Origin: Octopus vulgaris
Taxonomy: Eukaryota
Assembly: GCA_951406725.2 (NCBI GenBank)
Contig: OX597814.1
Location: 215,636,001 to 215,700,000 of the forward strand
Reading direction: 5' to 3'
DNA: 64,000 nucleotides
Shown here: piece after piece, positions 1 through 64,000 of the stretch
Position numbering within the stretch: position 1 is the stretch's first letter
Layout of the letters: the number at the start of each line of letters is the position of its first letter
Notes under the pieces: generated by a model
Databases searched by the model: none
What the model was told of the DNA's origin: nothing
The model's input: the letters and a program-made list of their open reading frames with translations, nothing else
Position numbers and translations under genes: made by a program

Positions 1-2218
<2,218 letters not shown>

Positions 2219-2283
2219 TACATACATACATACATACATACATACATACATACATACATACATACATACATACATACATACAT
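2219..2283. repeat. (TACA)n microsatellite
   Basis: Direct reading. Confidence 0.95.
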
Positions 2284-4106
2284 TCGTGAGTATACATTTT
2301 TGCATCTCCAGCAATAAATCCTTGGGATAGGTCAGATAATAATTTCGTAGATAATTCCATTGTTTCTCTTGTGATGAAAAAAAAATTCATAATGAAGAAT
2401 TGCTTACGCTATTTGGCAATATCTTCAGACGGTTTGTACATTTCGAGAAAACTATTTCTTCATGTTTTTGTTCTTTTTTTTTTCGCTGACAAAATAAATT
2501 TATGAATAAATATATGATTGTAAATCAGTTTTATAGTTTGACCTAAAAAGGAAACAAAAAAAAGTTAAAGAAAAAGTGAAACCTTATAAAACTAATTCTA
2601 CACTTCGGAATAAAATTTGAATTTTTTCTTTCTACTTCTTTTATTTTTGTGGATATTCGGTATAGAAAAATTATATTCCGTGCTTTATGTTTTTCATTTA
2701 TTTTATTTATTTGATTTTCTTTTCTTTATCTTTCTTTTATCTTTAAAAAATAAATTGTAACGTATTTTTTTCACTAACAAAACAGTATTACTGACTGCAG
2801 CTTTAAGGTTAGCAGAAACAACGAATATAGTTGCTCGAAAGTTTAATATCCACAGGCAATACATATCACTTTTTTCTTTTTTTGGTATAATAATTCATTT
2901 TATTAATATAAAAGGTTAGATTCGTGATGGTTTTAATTTCAGTTCACTAACATAACTGAAATGCATTTTTACCTGAAGAGATCTAGGTCATTGGCTGCAA
3001 ATTTTAAATTTACAGCCCTCAACCAATTGCCAGAACAGTTTTATCTAATCTGGCTTTTTTTCCTAACTACTGCGAACAGCGTCTATTATGTAGCCTCCTC
3101 CCATTCATCCTTCACCGATTATATTCCGCAATTCCTCTGAGTGATATTACATTAATAAATATAGCACCTATATGACAATATATTTGCCAAATCATCTTGA
3201 GCCATCTCGCATGGTTAAGAGTACTGTATACGCGTATATAAAACATAACACATAAATGATTGCATTCATTGAAACTGATCTTTTCAATATGCCATTTTTA
3301 TTGCTACTTCCAAATCCTTTCAACGTGAAGTCAATATCCAATCATGTTTCCCAAGTGTTTGAACGTTTCACTACGTAAAGAAAAACGTTGATTTGAATAA
3401 GCTTGATTTGTTCGACACTAACCTTTCTGTATTGTAGTGCAAATAATACAACTATTTATTAGTAATAAAATTATAGTTATTGATTGATGAGTTCACTGAG
3501 TGTCAAGACTGAATGCTCAGGGGCATAGAACTGTTTAAAACATAAAACTGATGCATGAAATGCTACTATGCATTTAACAAAATTAAAACTAATTCAATTA
3601 GATTCCAATATAGTTTTGTGCTGTATTGTATAACGGAAGCGTATATCACTCTATTCATTCTTTTTCTGTGATAGATTCAGTTTTAATTTGACGGTTCAAC
3701 TAATGGGACAAATTGTCGTTATTGTAATCATGGCTGTTGTCCTTACAATTGCGGTTGTATCATTTGTTTTCATTAGCCAATTGACTTTCAATCAACTGAC
3801 AAGATCTCTGCTTTCCTGCTTTGTTCTGAGCAAGCAGCTTCTTAATATTCTGTCCGCAACATCATGCTTGTATTACAAAGCATGACCAATAATTAAATCA
3901 TCTTTTCTCTTACCATTTTAAAAGATTATAAATATCCGAATTCTTCAGATCCATAAGTGGCGCTAGCGTACTTGATGTATCAAGCCAATTATTTTTAATT
4001 AGAATTACACCTTCTGTAGTATGAATAATGATTATGCAGGGTGGTGCACGAGAAAGTAACCCGGGTTCCATAGTATAGTGTACATGCAGAAGGAAATTTA
4101 CATATA

Positions 4107-4150
<44 letters not shown>

Positions 4151-4164
4151 GCACACAAACACGT

Positions 4165-4460
4165 CAGCATACATGTACACTGCAACATAATTTCTTTTCC
4201 TCAACAGGCCCTACCCATTTTAACATTGTCCCGAAAGAGATCAAAGCGGAAAAGGATCCCATCAACTTTAAACGGAGTCTGGATAGATTCCTTCAAGGAA
4301 TACCAGATAAGCCACCCATAATTGGATACAACTCACTCAACAAAAACTCACTACTTGAATGGACCATTAACAAAACTTGACTTAAACAGGATTCAAATAA
4401 TCCTATCAGGTGGTGCCAATCTTTGGTCGAAACATATCTAAGTTTATCTAAGTCTAAGTT
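4165..4460 (+). mobile_element. 3' end fragment of a CR1/L2-group LINE
   Basis: HNFFSSTGPTHFNIVPKEIK...FKRSLDRFLQGIPDKP...NSLLEW*, a typical CR1-group ORF2 C-terminus; short ctaagt tail repeats. Confidence 0.7.
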
Positions 4461-4525
4461 TATATATTTATGAAAATGTAGATATTTTTGCTAATGAAGA
4501 AATGAATTCTATCGTCTTTTTGCAG

Positions 4526-63325
<58,800 letters not shown>

Positions 63326-63398
63326 AATTACACCTGGCTGACAAGAATTAATTTTTCTAAGAATTAATACAAATACTATAAATGTTCACTTATGGAGA

Positions 63399-63404
63399 AA
63401 TAAA
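63399..63404 (+). terminator. Candidate polyadenylation signal AATAAA
   Basis: First AATAAA about 75 nt after the stop; AT-rich context, so the true 3' end is uncertain. Confidence 0.45.
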
Positions 63405-63434
63405 GACATATAACCTACAACTACATCTTTTATA

Positions 63435-63473
<39 letters not shown>

Positions 63474-63491
63474 TATTCATTACATATATTC

Positions 63492-63528
<37 letters not shown>

Positions 63529-63530
<2 letters not shown>

Positions 63531-63712
63531 TTTGTGTATATATTTATATATATTATCAAATTTATTGCTATATATAGATATAAAAATATGTATATATATA
63601 AATATGTAATGAATATATATATATATATTCATTACATATTTATATATATACATATTTTTATATCTATATATAGCAATGAATTTGATAATATATATAAATA
63701 TATACACAAAGT
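63529..63712. repeat. 184-bp AT-rich palindrome downstream of the stop codon
   Basis: Symmetric about 63620/63621; one mismatch seen. Confidence 0.9.
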
Positions 63713-64000
63713 ATATGTATGTGTATATATACATACATATATATATATATATATACACACACAAATGAATAAATACAATTATATATTTATATTATACATA
63801 TATGTAATTATACATATCGGCATAAATTTATGAATATTAATATATGCATGTGTGTGTGTGTGTGTGTGTATACATGATATACATATTTGTATGTGTTTAT
63901 ATAAATTACCTAAGTAATAAATGTATTCTAGTTCTTTTGTATATACCTATGTACTTTGGTTTCTGGAGATAAGCTGTGACAACTGTTGTGCTGTTAACGC

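Noticed and set aside
2300-4500. Upstream transglutaminase exon (expected LxxRRGQxF motif) or promoter
   Set aside because: No such exon found; the first visible exon starts in phase 1, so earlier exons presumably lie outside the window.

Overview
AT-rich, microsatellite-dense eukaryotic (animal) DNA; the SINE families and repeat landscape look like an Octopus genome (inferred from recall, not verified). The only intact protein-coding feature is one + strand transglutaminase (protein-glutamine gamma-glutamyltransferase) gene. I traced 11 GT-AG exons from 4526 to the stop at 63325. They splice in frame to about 628 aa with an intact Cys-His-Asp triad; the N-terminal exon(s) appear to lie upstream of the window. 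The introns hold tRNA-derived SINEs, decayed LINEs (R4/Dong-like, Tx1-like, CR1-like, RTE-like), a small Helitron, a hAT MITE, Tc1/mariner remnants and simple repeats. Nearly all other ORFs in the track are microsatellite artefacts. Most notable: (1) minimal hammerhead-ribozyme-like motifs with covarying core 3:8 pairs, often inside long palindromes; (2) a Tx1-like LINE, an ORF1-only element and a SINE that share a 3' stem-loop, with the latter two recurrently inserted at two fixed sites inside SINE copies; (3) R4/Dong-like LINEs consistently adjoining (TACA)n; (4) a degenerate main Ca2+ site in the transglutaminase.
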